DNA of 64,000 nt, from contig JBAZKC010000001.1 in assembly GCA_041651035.1 (NCBI GenBank), positions 323,244 to 387,243 of the forward strand, written 5' to 3'. Of this stretch, positions 8,645 to 19,599 are shown one piece after another. The position numbers and the translations under genes were made by a program. This DNA is from Candidatus Omnitrophota bacterium (lineage in GTDB: Bacteria; Omnitrophota; Gorgyraeia; Gygaellales; Profunditerraquicolaceae). The notes under the pieces were generated by a model. That model saw only the letters and a list, made by a program, of their open reading frames with translations. It was not told where the DNA came from and did no database searches. Positions within the stretch are counted from its first letter, which is position 1. Each line of letters begins with the position of its first letter.

Positions 8645-8672
8645 TTACAACCATTTCATTCTCCCGTATAAT
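8645..8672 (+). promoter_or_regulatory. Sigma70-like promoter for the CDF transporter (TTACAA, 16-nt spacer, TATAAT)
   Basis: TTACAA at 8645-8650 and a perfect TATAAT at 8667-8672. It would give a ~150-nt leader containing a 9-bp hairpin (CGGCTTACG...CGTAAGCCG at ~8750-8783). Confidence 0.3.
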
Positions 8673-8829
8673 CTCAAGCATCCATCCTCCGGTTTTAAGG
8701 CCAGGGGGGTTACTGCGTTTCCCGTCTCGTAAGATATGCCTAAACGGCTTACGCTCACTGTCATTCCGTAAGCCGCGGGTTCATTAAAATAATTTGAACT
8801 ATAAATAAAAACGGGGTATAATTTATTTT

Positions 8830-9711
8830 ATGGATACCACTGATAGAGAACACTATAAAAGGATCAGGAAGATACTAATACTGATATTGATCCTGAATTG
8901 GGCGGTGGCCTTGGCTAAAATTATTTATGGAGCCTTGAGCCGCTGCGAAAGTATGTCAGCCGATGGATTCCATTCGCTGGCCGACGGCGCCTCCAATATA
9001 ATGGGCTTAATCGGCATACATTTCGCCTGCCAGCCTACGGATAAAGACCATCCCTATGGCCACAAAAAATATGAGACGCTTTTCTCCTTAGGCATAGCAG
9101 CCCTTCTATTTATTGTCGCTTTTAACCTCGCCAAAGAAGGCATAGAACACCTGCGACAACCCGCGATACCCAATATTGATATCAGAAGCTTTGTAGTAAT
9201 GCTCACTACACTGGCGATTAACCTTTGGGTAATGCGCTACGAACATAAACAAGGCAAGGCCTTAAAAAGCGACATACTTATATCGGATGCTATGCACACT
9301 AAGGCGGATATATTTATTTCGCTCTCAGTCATAACCGCCCTCATTGTGATAAAATTAGGCTACCCCATATTAGACCCCATTACCGCCATACTTGTTTCTT
9401 TATTTATCGCCCATACCGGATACGACATACTAAAAAGCAGTTCCGCGGTCCTCTGCGATACCGCGGCCATATTAGACGATAAGAGAATAACGGATATTGT
9501 TTTGGGGATCAAGGGGGTAAAAACCTGCCATAAGATAAGGTCACGCGGCAGGCTGGATGATATTCATGTGGATATGCACGTGCAGGTAAACGCGGACATG
9601 CACATAGACGACGCGCATAAAATAAGCTATAAAATCGAAGAGTCGATAAAAAAAGGCATCCCTGAAGTTAGCGACGTTATCGTACACATGGAGCCGAAAG
9701 AAAAGCGTTAG
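8830..9711 (+). CDS. Cation diffusion facilitator (CDF) family metal efflux transporter (CzcD/FieF-like)
   Basis: HSLADGASNIMGLIGIHFA (TM2 signature), HGHKKYETL, six TM helices and a C-terminal cytoplasmic domain. 293 aa. Confidence 0.7.
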   Translation: MDTTDREHYKRIRKILILILILNWAVALAKIIYGALSRCESMSADGFHSLADGASNIMGLIGIHFACQPTDKDHPYGHKKYETLFSLGIAALLFIVAFNLAKEGIEHLRQPAIPNIDIRSFVVMLTTLAINLWVMRYEHKQGKALKSDILISDAMHTKADIFISLSVITALIVIKLGYPILDPITAILVSLFIAHTGYDILKSSSAVLCDTAAILDDKRITDIVLGIKGVKTCHKIRSRGRLDDIHVDMHVQVNADMHIDDAHKISYKIEESIKKGIPEVSDVIVHMEPKEKR

Positions 9712-10850
9712 ATGCCTCTTAATATAAACCAGAGCCCGAAGCTGGAGAGTATCCCCATAAAGCCGCCGAAATAAAATGGCGCGGCCGGGCCAAAGTATTG
9801 CCAAAGCATCCCCGCCAATAGAGACGCCGGGAATAAACCAACGCCTACAAGCGCGGCATGCAGCCCTATCGTTGTTGCGCGCAGCTGGGATGGCGCGATA
9901 TCCGCTACCAATGCCTTTTCTACGCCGTCTGTAAATCCCATATACAGCCCGTAAATCCCGAATAAAAGCCAAAGTATGCCCGGGGAATTGTTTACTGCAA
10001 ACCCCAGATAAACCAGGCCATAAAATAAATAACCAAAGACCAGAAGATTCCTTCTGCCGATCTTATCCGAGAGGCGGGATGCCGGATAAGCAGCTAAACA
10101 ATAAACGATGTTATAAACCAGGTAAAAAAGAATAACCAGGGCAAGAGGGCTGCCCATATTCTTGGCGCGCAACAATAAAAATTGGTTGGAAGAATTACCC
10201 AGCGTAAAGATAAAAGTAAAAATAAGGAACAGTTTTAACTTTTTATCCAGGGCGTGCCACTTAAATTTCGGCCTTTCAACACCCGGTTTCAGCTCCCGCT
10301 TTTTTTCTTTTACTAAAAACAAGAATAACACGCCTAAGAACGCCGGTATTAAAGAAAACAGAAATACGCTTTTTATATTACCCCTATAATGCACAATTAA
10401 AAGATAGGAGATAAATACCCCCAAACTTGCCCCGAGGCTATCCATAGCCCTATGCAATCCAAACGCTGCCCCCCGCTTCCCTTCTTTAGCGCTGTCAATA
10501 ATCAGGGCATCCCTGGGGGCTGTACGTATGCCTTTGCCAAGCCGGTCAATCAAACGTCCGGCAAAAACATGCCCCCAGCCGGTAGATATATATATAAATA
10601 TTTTACCAAAAGCCGAACCGGCGTATCCTAATATAGTAAGGGGCTTTCTCGTTTTTGTCTTGTCAGAAGAATACCCCGAGAACACCTTAAGCATGCTTGC
10701 CAGGCTCTCAGCTATCCCTTCAATTAATCCCAGTATAGCGGGGCTGGCGCCAAGGGTAGTTACCAAAAAGACCGGCAAGAGCGGATAGATCATCTCGCTG
10801 GAAATATCGGTCAATAAACTGGTAATGCCTAATATGATAATGTTAAACAT
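9708..10850 (-). CDS. MFS transporter
   Basis: 380 aa with 12 predicted TM helices and an MFS-like N-terminus (ITSLLTDISSEMIYPLLPVFL). It is convergent with the CDF gene, overlapping by 4 nt. Confidence 0.55.
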   Translation of the reverse strand: MFNIIILGITSLLTDISSEMIYPLLPVFLVTTLGASPAILGLIEGIAESLASMLKVFSGYSSDKTKTRKPLTILGYAGSAFGKIFIYISTGWGHVFAGRLIDRLGKGIRTAPRDALIIDSAKEGKRGAAFGLHRAMDSLGASLGVFISYLLIVHYRGNIKSVFLFSLIPAFLGVLFLFLVKEKKRELKPGVERPKFKWHALDKKLKLFLIFTFIFTLGNSSNQFLLLRAKNMGSPLALVILFYLVYNIVYCLAAYPASRLSDKIGRRNLLVFGYLFYGLVYLGFAVNNSPGILWLLFGIYGLYMGFTDGVEKALVADIAPSQLRATTIGLHAALVGVGLFPASLLAGMLWQYFGPAAPFYFGGFMGILSSFGLWFILRGI

Positions 10851-10858
10851 GCCCTAAA

Positions 10859-11347
10859 CTACTCCAGGTATCCTAACGGATCTTGCGGGATGCCGTTATT
10901 CTTTACTTCAAAATGCAGGTGCGGTTGAATATCGCGAAGGTTGGCATTGCCGGTTTTACCTACATTCCCGATGATCTGGCCCTGCCTGAGGAATTGATTC
11001 TTGCTAACGCATATTTTAGAAAGATGCCCGTATATAGTAATGATACCGCCCGGATGTTTTATAATAACGTATTTGCCCATACCCCGGTTCTCTTCTACGG
11101 CAGCTACTATTCCTGAACGGCTGGCCAAAACCGGAGTGCCAACTGCCGCCAGAAGGTCTATGCCCCTATGCATTCTCCCGCCGTTACGCTTAGCGGCAAA
11201 GAAGCCGTCTCCGTAGTAATCATTACGTATAATAATACCCCTCTTATATTCTATGGGGGAGAGAAAATACTGTTTGTCTAAGAAATAAATACTTATTAAT
11301 AAGTAAACCGGCAGGATAATCAGTAAATATAATACTGTCTTCTTCAC
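10859..11347 (-). CDS. M23 family metallopeptidase (LytM-like) with N-terminal TM anchor
   Basis: HRGIDLLAAVGTPVLASRSG (HxxxD) and PHLHFEV (HxH) motifs. 162 aa. Confidence 0.7.
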   Translation of the reverse strand: MKKTVLYLLIILPVYLLISIYFLDKQYFLSPIEYKRGIIIRNDYYGDGFFAAKRNGGRMHRGIDLLAAVGTPVLASRSGIVAAVEENRGMGKYVIIKHPGGIITIYGHLSKICVSKNQFLRQGQIIGNVGKTGNANLRDIQPHLHFEVKNNGIPQDPLGYLE

Positions 11348-11391
11348 CCTTCAAGAGACCTCGCTTTCCAATTATAATATTTTCTAATGGC

Positions 11392-12945
11392 TTATCGCCT
11401 GTTTTTAAAAGTTTGTATTATACCATACAACAGGAATAAAAGACAAATAGCGGGGAAAAAATCTCCATAGCGGGTATAGATAGTAAGGGGCTTATTTAAA
11501 ACAGCAACCTCCCGCGTATTAATACCGCCTACAAATATATCCCCGCCAGATTTATCGCTAACTTTAGAAATGATCTTTCCGCCCGGGCCGATAAACCCTG
11601 ATATGCCGGTATTGGCGCAACGCACTAAGAATACGCGGTTCTCCACCGCCCTGAACACAGACGCCTGTAGATGCTGGCTTGAAGCGCTGGTCCTTTTATA
11701 CCAGGCATCATTAGTTATGTTCACTAAGAGGCCGGCTCCTCTTTTTATGAATTCTCTGGATATCTGCGGGAACAGATCTTCAAAACAAATCAAGACAGAA
11801 AACTTAAGCGGCAGAGGGCAAGAAACATCAGGCAGAGTAAATATTGTATAGTCCCTGCCCGGAGTTATGTCGCCGATAGGGACAACGGTCTCTAAGAAAG
11901 GCAGGGCTTTCTTTAGCGGTATATACTCGCCGAAGGGAACAAGATGCAGTTTATTATAGCGTCCGGATATTTCGCCTGAAGGCCCAAGCAATAACGCGCT
12001 GTTAAAATATCTTTCATTTTCCACCGCCACAACTCCTATAAGCAGAGGGACCCCTGTTTTCCTGCCTAAAGCGAAGATTTCCCCAGGAATTAAATCATCT
12101 TCGCCGAATATTCCCGGACTGGATGCTTCGGGCCAGACGATTAAATCCGGTTTTTCTTTACCGGCTTGTTCTGTAAATTTCGCGTATACGTCCAGTATGC
12201 CCGCCTTAGCATCGGGCGACCATTTTAATTCCTGCGGGATATTCCCCTGAACGACAGAAATCCGCACAGAATTCCGGGTATCTATTACAGGGGAATGGGA
12301 TAAACGAAAATAACCGTAAGATAAAACTAAAAACAAAGATAAAACCAGCAAAATGGAGACTTTTTTTAGCTTCGAACTTACTCCTTTTGCCTGCGACCAG
12401 ACCATCTCTACCACAGCCACATTTACCATCATCACCAAAAATGATACTCCCCAGGCACCTGTAATATCCGCTATCTGGATAACAGGCAGATTAAGGTATT
12501 GCGAATATCCTAAAAGCGCCCAAGGGAACCCCGTAAAAAGCAAGCCGCGTATATATTCTAGTAAAACCCATACGGAAGGAATAAATATTAACGAGTAAAG
12601 CGTGGATTTCTTAGTGGACGGCCGGATAACCAGGCCAAATACCGCGAAATACAGAGCCAAATACAAAACCAGCGCGATTGTCCCGGCTAAGGTAACATGT
12701 ATGAGCCAATAAATAATACCCGCCCAGAAGATTGCTCCGGTAACAAAAAATAATAAAAACGCCTGCCTGCCGGATTTATTATTAAGCGCAAAAAATACCG
12801 GCACAAACCCAAACCAGGCAAGAAATTCAAGATTGAAAGGGGGAAAGGACAGGATCAATAAGATTGCGGATAATAAACAAAGGAATAGTTCTTTTGCTAT
12901 TGGCCTCTGGCTTCTAATTATGGATTGGGCTACCTTCCGCAGCAT
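11392..12945 (-). CDS. lnt: Apolipoprotein N-acyltransferase Lnt
   Basis: Multi-TM N-terminal half plus a C-terminal CN-hydrolase domain ([30 protein letters not shown]). 517 aa. Overlaps the secA stop. Confidence 0.8.
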   Translation of the reverse strand: MLRKVAQSIIRSQRPIAKELFLCLLSAILLILSFPPFNLEFLAWFGFVPVFFALNNKSGRQAFLLFFVTGAIFWAGIIYWLIHVTLAGTIALVLYLALYFAVFGLVIRPSTKKSTLYSLIFIPSVWVLLEYIRGLLFTGFPWALLGYSQYLNLPVIQIADITGAWGVSFLVMMVNVAVVEMVWSQAKGVSSKLKKVSILLVLSLFLVLSYGYFRLSHSPVIDTRNSVRISVVQGNIPQELKWSPDAKAGILDVYAKFTEQAGKEKPDLIVWPEASSPGIFGEDDLIPGEIFALGRKTGVPLLIGVVAVENERYFNSALLLGPSGEISGRYNKLHLVPFGEYIPLKKALPFLETVVPIGDITPGRDYTIFTLPDVSCPLPLKFSVLICFEDLFPQISREFIKRGAGLLVNITNDAWYKRTSASSQHLQASVFRAVENRVFLVRCANTGISGFIGPGGKIISKVSDKSGGDIFVGGINTREVAVLNKPLTIYTRYGDFFPAICLLFLLYGIIQTFKNRR

Positions 12946-15827
12946 TTCTTATATTTCTTCCCTGACCCGCAGGGACAAGGGTCATTGCGGCCTACTTTGG
13001 GGTGGGACGACTGAACGGGTTTAACCGCCTCCGGCGCCTGCTCTTTAAGGCTTTCAAATTTGGCGGCATCAGGATGCACGAGCTGCTGGGAACCGGGGCT
13101 GAATACGCCTTTGAATCTTTCCGGTTTGGCTGCCTGTAACCTGAATACTGCTTCAACCGCTTCATCTCCAATGGTAGAAATCATCTGGCCGAACATATCA
13201 AATGCCTCGCGCTTATATTCTACCAGCGGGTCGCGCTGGCCATACGCGCGCAGCCCTATCCCTTCCCGTAAATTATCCATTATGTATAAATGGTCTTTCC
13301 ATTTGCTGTCGATTATCTGTAAGTATACCATGCGTTCCAAATGGCGCGTAAGGTCCTGGCCCATGGACTTCTCTTTTTCTTCATAGGCATAAAGAACCGC
13401 CCGGCATAATGATTCTTTTAATTCATTACTGTTTAAATCCCGCCCTTGCGGAATATCTATATCCAACCCAAATTTTAATTTAAGCGCCAGTTTAAGGCCT
13501 TCTCTGTCGGGCTCTTGGCCGCCGGCATTATCACTAAAATATGTTTCTACTATCCCGTCGATAACTACGCGGGCCGCCTCGAAAATATTTTCTTTCACGG
13601 AAGCCCCTTCCAGCACTTCCCGGCGCTGCGTATAGATTATTTCCCTTTGTTTATTCATTACATTATCATATTCCAGAAGCTGTTTTCTGATCTCAAAATT
13701 GCGCTGTTCTACGCGCCTCTGCGCCATCTCAATTGACCCGGAAACCCAGGAATGCTCTATCACCTGGCCTTCTTCTAAGCCTAATTTATCCATAACCCCC
13801 ACCAGCCTGTCAGAACCGAACAAACGCATTAAATCATCCTTCAGCGATACATAAAATCTTGATGACCCGGGATCACCCTGCCGGCCGCTGCGGCCGCGCA
13901 ACTGGTTATCAATACGCCGCGCCTCATGACGCTCAGTACCTAAAACATGCAGGCCCCCCGCCTCTACTACTTTTTTATGCTCTATTGCGGTTTCCTTCCT
14001 GTATTTATCCAAAAGCTTTTTATATTCTTCCTGATAACCGGGGTCTTCCGGATTCAATTTCTGTTTTATCAAATTCTTGGCCATGAACTCGGGATTACCT
14101 CCCAGTAAGATATCAGTTCCGCGGCCGGCCATATTTGTAGCAATAGTTACAGCTTTGTATCTGCCTGCCTGGGCGACAATTTGCGCTTCCATCTCGTGAT
14201 ATTTAGCATTAAGCACCTGATGCGCTATCCCCCGCATCTTTAACATCTCCGAGAGTTTTTCAGATCTGTCTATAGAAATAGTACCGACTAAAACGGGCTT
14301 GCCTATATTATAAAGCTCGGCTATTTCATCTACTACCGCGGCGAACTTTTCTTTTTCCGTCTTATAGATGCGGTCAGGGGAATTCGCGCGGATCAGCGGC
14401 TTATTAGTGGGGATGACTACGACATCTAACTGATAGATACTTTTAAATTCATTAGCTTCAGTAAATGCGGTGCCTGTCATACCGGCTAACTTTTCATACA
14501 TGCGAAAGTAATTTTGGAAGGTAACGGTTGCCAAGGTTTGGTTCTCGCGCTCTATTTTCATGCCCTCTTTGGATTCCACCGCCTGGTGCAGGCCGTCTGA
14601 CCAGCGCCTGCCGGGCATCATACGCCCGGTAAATTCGTCTACGATAATGACCTCGCCGTCTTTTATGACATAGTCCACATCACGCTGGAAGAATTCTTTC
14701 GCCCGCAAGGCCTGAATAGTGTGGTGCCGGTATTCGATCGTCTCTATATTATGCATACTTTCTACTCCCCAGAGCCCGGCTGCCTTTGTTTCTCCGGTAT
14801 CGGTAAGCGCGATGGTCTGGGCTTTCTCATCGGCGATATAATCAAACCCTAAAGATAGATCCACCCCTTTATATTTGGCGTCTATCTCATCTCTTTCTGT
14901 GACGCGCCTGCCTTTTAATTGATCCGCTATTTTTTTAGCAGTGTAATACTTATCCGTGGACTCTTCAGCGGGCCCTGAAATGATCAAAGGGGTGCGTGCT
15001 TCGTCAATTAATATGGAATCCACTTCATCGACGATAGCATAATAAAACGGCCTCTGCACCAGGTCCTCCAAACTATATTTCATATTATCGCGCAGGTAAT
15101 CAAACCCGAATTCGTTATTCGTGCCGTAGGTAATATCGCAGGCATAGGCAGATTTTCTTTCCTCATCAGACATTTCATGCTGTATAGTGCCTACGGTAAG
15201 GCCTAAAAATTCATAAATAGGCCCCATCCATTCGCGGTCCCGGCGCGCCAGGTAATCATTGACCGTAACAATATGGACGCCGCGGCCCAATAAGGCATTC
15301 AGATACGCCGGAAGTGTCGCGACTAAAGTTTTGCCTTCGCCGGTAGCCATTTCCGCGATCCTGCCTTCATGCAATACGATACCGCCGATTATCTGCACAT
15401 CAAAATGCCTTAGGCCGATGGCGCGTTTAGACGCTTCCCTGACAACCGCGAATGCCTCAGGCAGGATATCTTCAAAAATCTTGTTTCTAGAGGCCCTTAT
15501 TTTTCCTTTTATCCTCTCTCTTTCCTCCGGGATAGCTGCCAAAACAAGCGACTCTTCTAATTCCCGCAATTCCTGGGAGTATTCTTCAGACTTCTTTAAA
15601 ATATGCTTCTTAAACTCTTCTGTCTTCTGGCGTAATTGCGCGTCCTGAAGGCTGCTGATTTCGGCTTCCCGGCGATTAACCAGATCCACTATCCGGCTTA
15701 AGCCCGCTACTTTATTCATCGATGGGCTGGGCATATCCGGATGTAAAACAATACTGACACCGGGAAACCTTTTCTTGATCAGGCCTTGCTTACTGTTTAA
15801 AATAGTCTTTTTAATAAACTTTAACAT
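12930..15827 (-). CDS. secA: Preprotein translocase ATPase SecA
   Basis: 965 aa. DEAD-like motor motifs ([24 protein letters not shown]) and the C-terminal zinc motif [14 protein letters not shown]. Confidence 0.95.
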   Translation of the reverse strand: MLKFIKKTILNSKQGLIKKRFPGVSIVLHPDMPSPSMNKVAGLSRIVDLVNRREAEISSLQDAQLRQKTEEFKKHILKKSEEYSQELRELEESLVLAAIPEERERIKGKIRASRNKIFEDILPEAFAVVREASKRAIGLRHFDVQIIGGIVLHEGRIAEMATGEGKTLVATLPAYLNALLGRGVHIVTVNDYLARRDREWMGPIYEFLGLTVGTIQHEMSDEERKSAYACDITYGTNNEFGFDYLRDNMKYSLEDLVQRPFYYAIVDEVDSILIDEARTPLIISGPAEESTDKYYTAKKIADQLKGRRVTERDEIDAKYKGVDLSLGFDYIADEKAQTIALTDTGETKAAGLWGVESMHNIETIEYRHHTIQALRAKEFFQRDVDYVIKDGEVIIVDEFTGRMMPGRRWSDGLHQAVESKEGMKIERENQTLATVTFQNYFRMYEKLAGMTGTAFTEANEFKSIYQLDVVVIPTNKPLIRANSPDRIYKTEKEKFAAVVDEIAELYNIGKPVLVGTISIDRSEKLSEMLKMRGIAHQVLNAKYHEMEAQIVAQAGRYKAVTIATNMAGRGTDILLGGNPEFMAKNLIKQKLNPEDPGYQEEYKKLLDKYRKETAIEHKKVVEAGGLHVLGTERHEARRIDNQLRGRSGRQGDPGSSRFYVSLKDDLMRLFGSDRLVGVMDKLGLEEGQVIEHSWVSGSIEMAQRRVEQRNFEIRKQLLEYDNVMNKQREIIYTQRREVLEGASVKENIFEAARVVIDGIVETYFSDNAGGQEPDREGLKLALKLKFGLDIDIPQGRDLNSNELKESLCRAVLYAYEEKEKSMGQDLTRHLERMVYLQIIDSKWKDHLYIMDNLREGIGLRAYGQRDPLVEYKREAFDMFGQMISTIGDEAVEAVFRLQAAKPERFKGVFSPGSQQLVHPDAAKFESLKEQAPEAVKPVQSSHPKVGRNDPCPCGSGKKYKKCCGR

Positions 15828-15837
15828 ATTGGGATCT

Positions 15838-16954
15838 CTAATTCTCTCCGGCAGGGCGGACGGATGAGGAACTTTTTAAGTACGCCTCAATAAATTCTAT
15901 AAGCCCGCCATCTAAAATCTTGGAGGTATCACCGGTTTCAAAACCGGTGCGATGGTCTTTTACCATATTATAAGGGTGCAGGATATAAGAGCGGATCTGG
16001 CTGCCCCATTCTATTTTTTTCTTTTGAGCGCCGTGTTTCAGCAGTGCCTGCTCTTTCTTTTCTTCTTCTAACTCGTAGATACGCGCCTTTAGTATTTTTA
16101 AAGCGGTCTGCTTGTTCTGGTGTTGCGAGCGTTCGTTTTGGCATTGCGCGACTAAACCGGTGGGTAAATGCGTGATCCTTACTGCGGAATCCGTGGTATT
16201 CACGCTTTGGCCGCCGGCGCCCTGAGAACGGAATACGTCAATGCGCAGGTCTTTTTCTTCCAGTTTTATATCCACGTCTTCTTCTATTTCGGGAATTACA
16301 TCTACTGAAGCAAAAGAGGTATGCCTGCGTTTGTTGGAGTCAAAAGGCGATATACGCACCAGCCTGTGCACCCCGCGTTCACATTTAAGATACCCGTAGG
16401 CGTATTCCCCCTCGATCAAAACGGTGATATTTTTTATTCCCGCCTCTTCCCCGGCAAGCAGGTCTATGGTTTTTACTTTATACCCGCGGCTTTCCGCGAA
16501 ACGCGTATACATGCGCGAAAGCATCTGGGCCCAATCGCAAGACTCAGTGCCTCCCGCGCCGGCGTTGATGCTTAAGATAGCGCTGTTCTTATCAAACTCG
16601 CCCCCCAGAACGACCCTGAATTCTAATTCCCCAACCTCTTTTGAAAGGGCCTCTATATTCCTGTCCAGATCGGAGATCAATTCTTTGTCTTGGGTATTAA
16701 GAATATCGGCGAGATCCTGCAGCTCCTGATATTTCTTGTAGACCAGTTCCCAGGGTTCAACAACCGACTTTAAGGCCTTAAGCTGCTTTACTACTTTAGC
16801 TGAATTACCCGCGTCATCCCAGAATCCAGGAGCGGACATCTGAGACGACAGATCGTCAATAAGGTTCCTTTTATTGCCTACGTCAAAGATAACCTCTAAG
16901 CTGCTGGAGAATGCCTGATACAGACGATAATCGTGCCCTTGCCTCTTCTAACAT
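15838..16954 (-). CDS. prfB: Peptide chain release factor 2 with its conserved +1 programmed frameshift. ORF0 runs 16954..16883 and ends at the in-frame UGA. ORF1 continues from 16885.
   Basis: GGQ motif ([20 protein letters not shown]). Upstream, ATG at 16954 encodes [23 protein letters not shown] then stop. The CTT-TGA-C shift site is at 16888-16882, preceded by the SD-like AGAGGT. The +1 frame reads [15 protein letters not shown] and joins MSAPGFWDD of the tracked ORF. Confidence 0.85.
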
Positions 16955-16964
16955 TTTATCTCCT

Positions 16965-18038
16965 TTATCTTTTCTTTATCCCTTTTAAGGACAGGTTGAA
17001 CTCGTCGCTATTATTCGAGAATTTTACCGCTTCTTCTTCGGTTATCTTGCCCTGCTGGACTAAGTCTATTAAGGATTGATTGAAAGACTGCATGCCGAAT
17101 ATACCGCCGTCTTCTATATAAGGAGGTATCTCCCAGGTCTTCCTTTCCCTGATGAGCCGGCTTATGGTAGGAGTTAACAGCATAACTTCGTAAGCAGGTA
17201 TACGGCCAGTGCCGTCTTTTAGAGGTACCAGTCTTAAGGATATTACGCCTTTCAGCAAAGAAGATAATTGGGCGCAAATCTCGGCGTGCTGATGCGGCGG
17301 GAAGAAATTAATGATCCTTTCCGTGCTTAAGGCGGCGTTTATCGTATGTAAAGTGCTTAAGACCAATACCCCTGTCTCAGCAACGGTAAGGCAGGCGGAC
17401 ATAGTTTCATAGTCCCTGATATTGCCGATAAATATGACATCCGGGCTCTGTAAGGTAAACGCGCGCAATGCCGCGGCATATGAAGAGACATCTAAGCCGA
17501 GCTCTCTCTGGTTAATAATGGATTTCTTATCTTTAAACGTGAACTCAATGGGCTCCTCTATGGTCAAGATATGTTTGTTATAAGTAACATTGATATGTTC
17601 CAGCATGCTGGCAATGGTAGTGGATTTCCCGCTGCCTACGCTGCCGGTCAAAAGGATCAACCCCCGGGACTCCGCGCACAACTTCTTTAATACTTCGGCG
17701 GGCAGGTTGAGTTCTTCGAAAGTATGGACATCGGAGCGGATATACCTGACAACTAAAGCCGGCCAGTTGCGCTGCATAAAGATGCTTATGCGGAAACGGG
17801 ACTCGAGCTCCGGTACGTATATCCCGAAGTCCACGTCGAGATTCTTCTGAAAAAGCGTCCTCAGTTCATTAGAAGTCAGCTCTTTTACCGCGTCATTAAC
17901 TTCGTCCAGGCTGATGATCCGTTCGTCTACAGGGATAATTTTGCCGTTGACACGCATGCGGACATTCGCTCCGGCGCGGTAGAACAGGTCCGAGGCCTTA
18001 TTTTCAATCATCAACTTTAAATAATTCTTTATAGACAT
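16965..18038 (-). CDS. pilT: Type IV pilus retraction ATPase PilT
   Basis: Walker A (LTGSVGSGKSTT), Asp-box, Walker B and the PilT-type His box (AYEVMLLTP). 357 aa. Confidence 0.8.
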   Translation of the reverse strand: MSIKNYLKLMIENKASDLFYRAGANVRMRVNGKIIPVDERIISLDEVNDAVKELTSNELRTLFQKNLDVDFGIYVPELESRFRISIFMQRNWPALVVRYIRSDVHTFEELNLPAEVLKKLCAESRGLILLTGSVGSGKSTTIASMLEHINVTYNKHILTIEEPIEFTFKDKKSIINQRELGLDVSSYAAALRAFTLQSPDVIFIGNIRDYETMSACLTVAETGVLVLSTLHTINAALSTERIINFFPPHQHAEICAQLSSLLKGVISLRLVPLKDGTGRIPAYEVMLLTPTISRLIRERKTWEIPPYIEDGGIFGMQSFNQSLIDLVQQGKITEEEAVKFSNNSDEFNLSLKGIKKR

Positions 18039-18081
18039 CTTCTCCCCCCGTCAACTAGGATTTTTGCCATTATTTTCCATA

Positions 18082-19599
18082 TTATACCATTTTATTGCCT
18101 TTTTCAGTAGGATTAAATTCCATATACCTGCCTAACATCAACCTTGTCTGCGCGTCTAAAGCGGGAGTAGAGCCTAAGACCAGTATTATCAACGGCACAG
18201 TTACCCATTCTATGGTCATTATTATATTCTTCGTCCAGCTCACGCTTTTCGGGCGGGGAGGCAGGATCGTCCTGCTTAAGATTATCCAGGCTAAGCTGGT
18301 GATCAATGTGAAATTAAGCAGGAGCCCGGTTATTTTGGGCAAATTATAACCTATGGCCATCTGGTTAAAGAAAGTCCCTCCCAGCAATATCGGCAAAGGG
18401 CCTACCAGAACCAGGATAATCGCCCAGACCGCCCAGGTAACATGGCTTTCTAAAAGGTTAAATGTCCGTCTTATTTTTTTGGTCAGGGCTATATTCTGAT
18501 TATTTAAAAATCCGGTGAGCACAAAAGGAAAATTCTCAACGCCCCAGGCCCACCTTCTTTTCTGTTTATACTGTATCACTATCGTCTTAAAAAAGTTCCT
18601 GGAATAGGCCACATCCATGGAAATCGTGATATACAAAGGTATAACGCGGTAGTCCCCATTATAAAAAAGAAAGGCCTTCCAGTAGATTAACGAGTCATCT
18701 GAGACCATATCTACGGGCCAATAATCTATATCCACCAAAGTCTTAAAATTCATGCTGTGGCTGGAAAAGGTAACAAATTTTTCCAAGCGCATGCTCTCGA
18801 TCAACTGGCAGAAAGACGCGCTTATCTCCACGATACGCGCGAAAGACGGCGCCTGCCAGATATTATTGTTATAGACGGGGATAGGCTGGTAACTGGCCTG
18901 ATGAGGGTTGGGAGTGGTCAAGAAATGATACGTAAGGCATCCAAAGTATTGCCTGTCTACGCAGGTATCCGCGTCAAAACAAGAAATAATTACATTCTCA
19001 TAGGCTATAACTTTAGTATCCAGGAATTGCTTTGCTTTTTTTGCCGCCCAGGTGGCATTAGCGCCTTTTGTGCGGCCTTCTCCCGGGATACCGTCAGGAT
19101 GGAATGTGGATAAATACCCGAAGAACGATCCCTTAAATTCTGCCTCCAGGGCCAAGGCATTCTCCCTGCACTGTTTATTGCGCTCCTCAAACGCCACCAC
19201 CACGATTATTTTGTCTTTCGGGTAATGCGATTGTTTTAACGCGTTTAAAGAAGCAGCCAGGATATCCTGGCCTTCTTTATATACCGGAAAAATAATTAAA
19301 TGATACAGCTTTTGCCAAGGCCGCTTGAGGCTTCTTCCCCCATCGCCGACAGCGCTTAAGTTCTGGCATTCGCTTAGCCAATCCCTGTCTTTTTGCTTGT
19401 GCAGTTTCCGGTAAGCCATAACTAACAGCGTAGTTAAGTACCCCGTGCGGATGATCCAGTAGAAATCAAAAATAATTATCAGTATCGCGCAGGCAACGGG
19501 ATTAAGAATGGCCAGCAAAATAAAGAAAAGGATTATCCCCCAGGAGATGCCTCCGGGGATGATCTCAAGATATCTTTTTATTCTCGGCATATTATTCAT
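18082..19599 (-). CDS. Processive GT2-family membrane glycosyltransferase (cellulose/chitin/PNAG-synthase-like)
   Basis: N- and C-terminal TM helices with a cytoplasmic GT-A domain. CFDADT (DxD) and the QxxRW motif (QYKQKRRWAWG) are present. 505 aa. Confidence 0.6.
   Translation of the reverse strand: MNNMPRIKRYLEIIPGGISWGIILFFILLAILNPVACAILIIIFDFYWIIRTGYLTTLLVMAYRKLHKQKDRDWLSECQNLSAVGDGGRSLKRPWQKLYHLIIFPVYKEGQDILAASLNALKQSHYPKDKIIVVVAFEERNKQCRENALALEAEFKGSFFGYLSTFHPDGIPGEGRTKGANATWAAKKAKQFLDTKVIAYENVIISCFDADTCVDRQYFGCLTYHFLTTPNPHQASYQPIPVYNNNIWQAPSFARIVEISASFCQLIESMRLEKFVTFSSHSMNFKTLVDIDYWPVDMVSDDSLIYWKAFLFYNGDYRVIPLYITISMDVAYSRNFFKTIVIQYKQKRRWAWGVENFPFVLTGFLNNQNIALTKKIRRTFNLLESHVTWAVWAIILVLVGPLPILLGGTFFNQMAIGYNLPKITGLLLNFTLITSLAWIILSRTILPPRPKSVSWTKNIIMTIEWVTVPLIILVLGSTPALDAQTRLMLGRYMEFNPTEKGNKMV

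Noticed and set aside
9541-9972. 143-aa minus-strand ORF with an Arg/Cys-rich low-complexity sequence
   Set aside because: It overlaps the 3' end of the CDF gene and the MFS gene on the opposite frame. The composition is typical of antisense read-through of GC-rich coding sequence.
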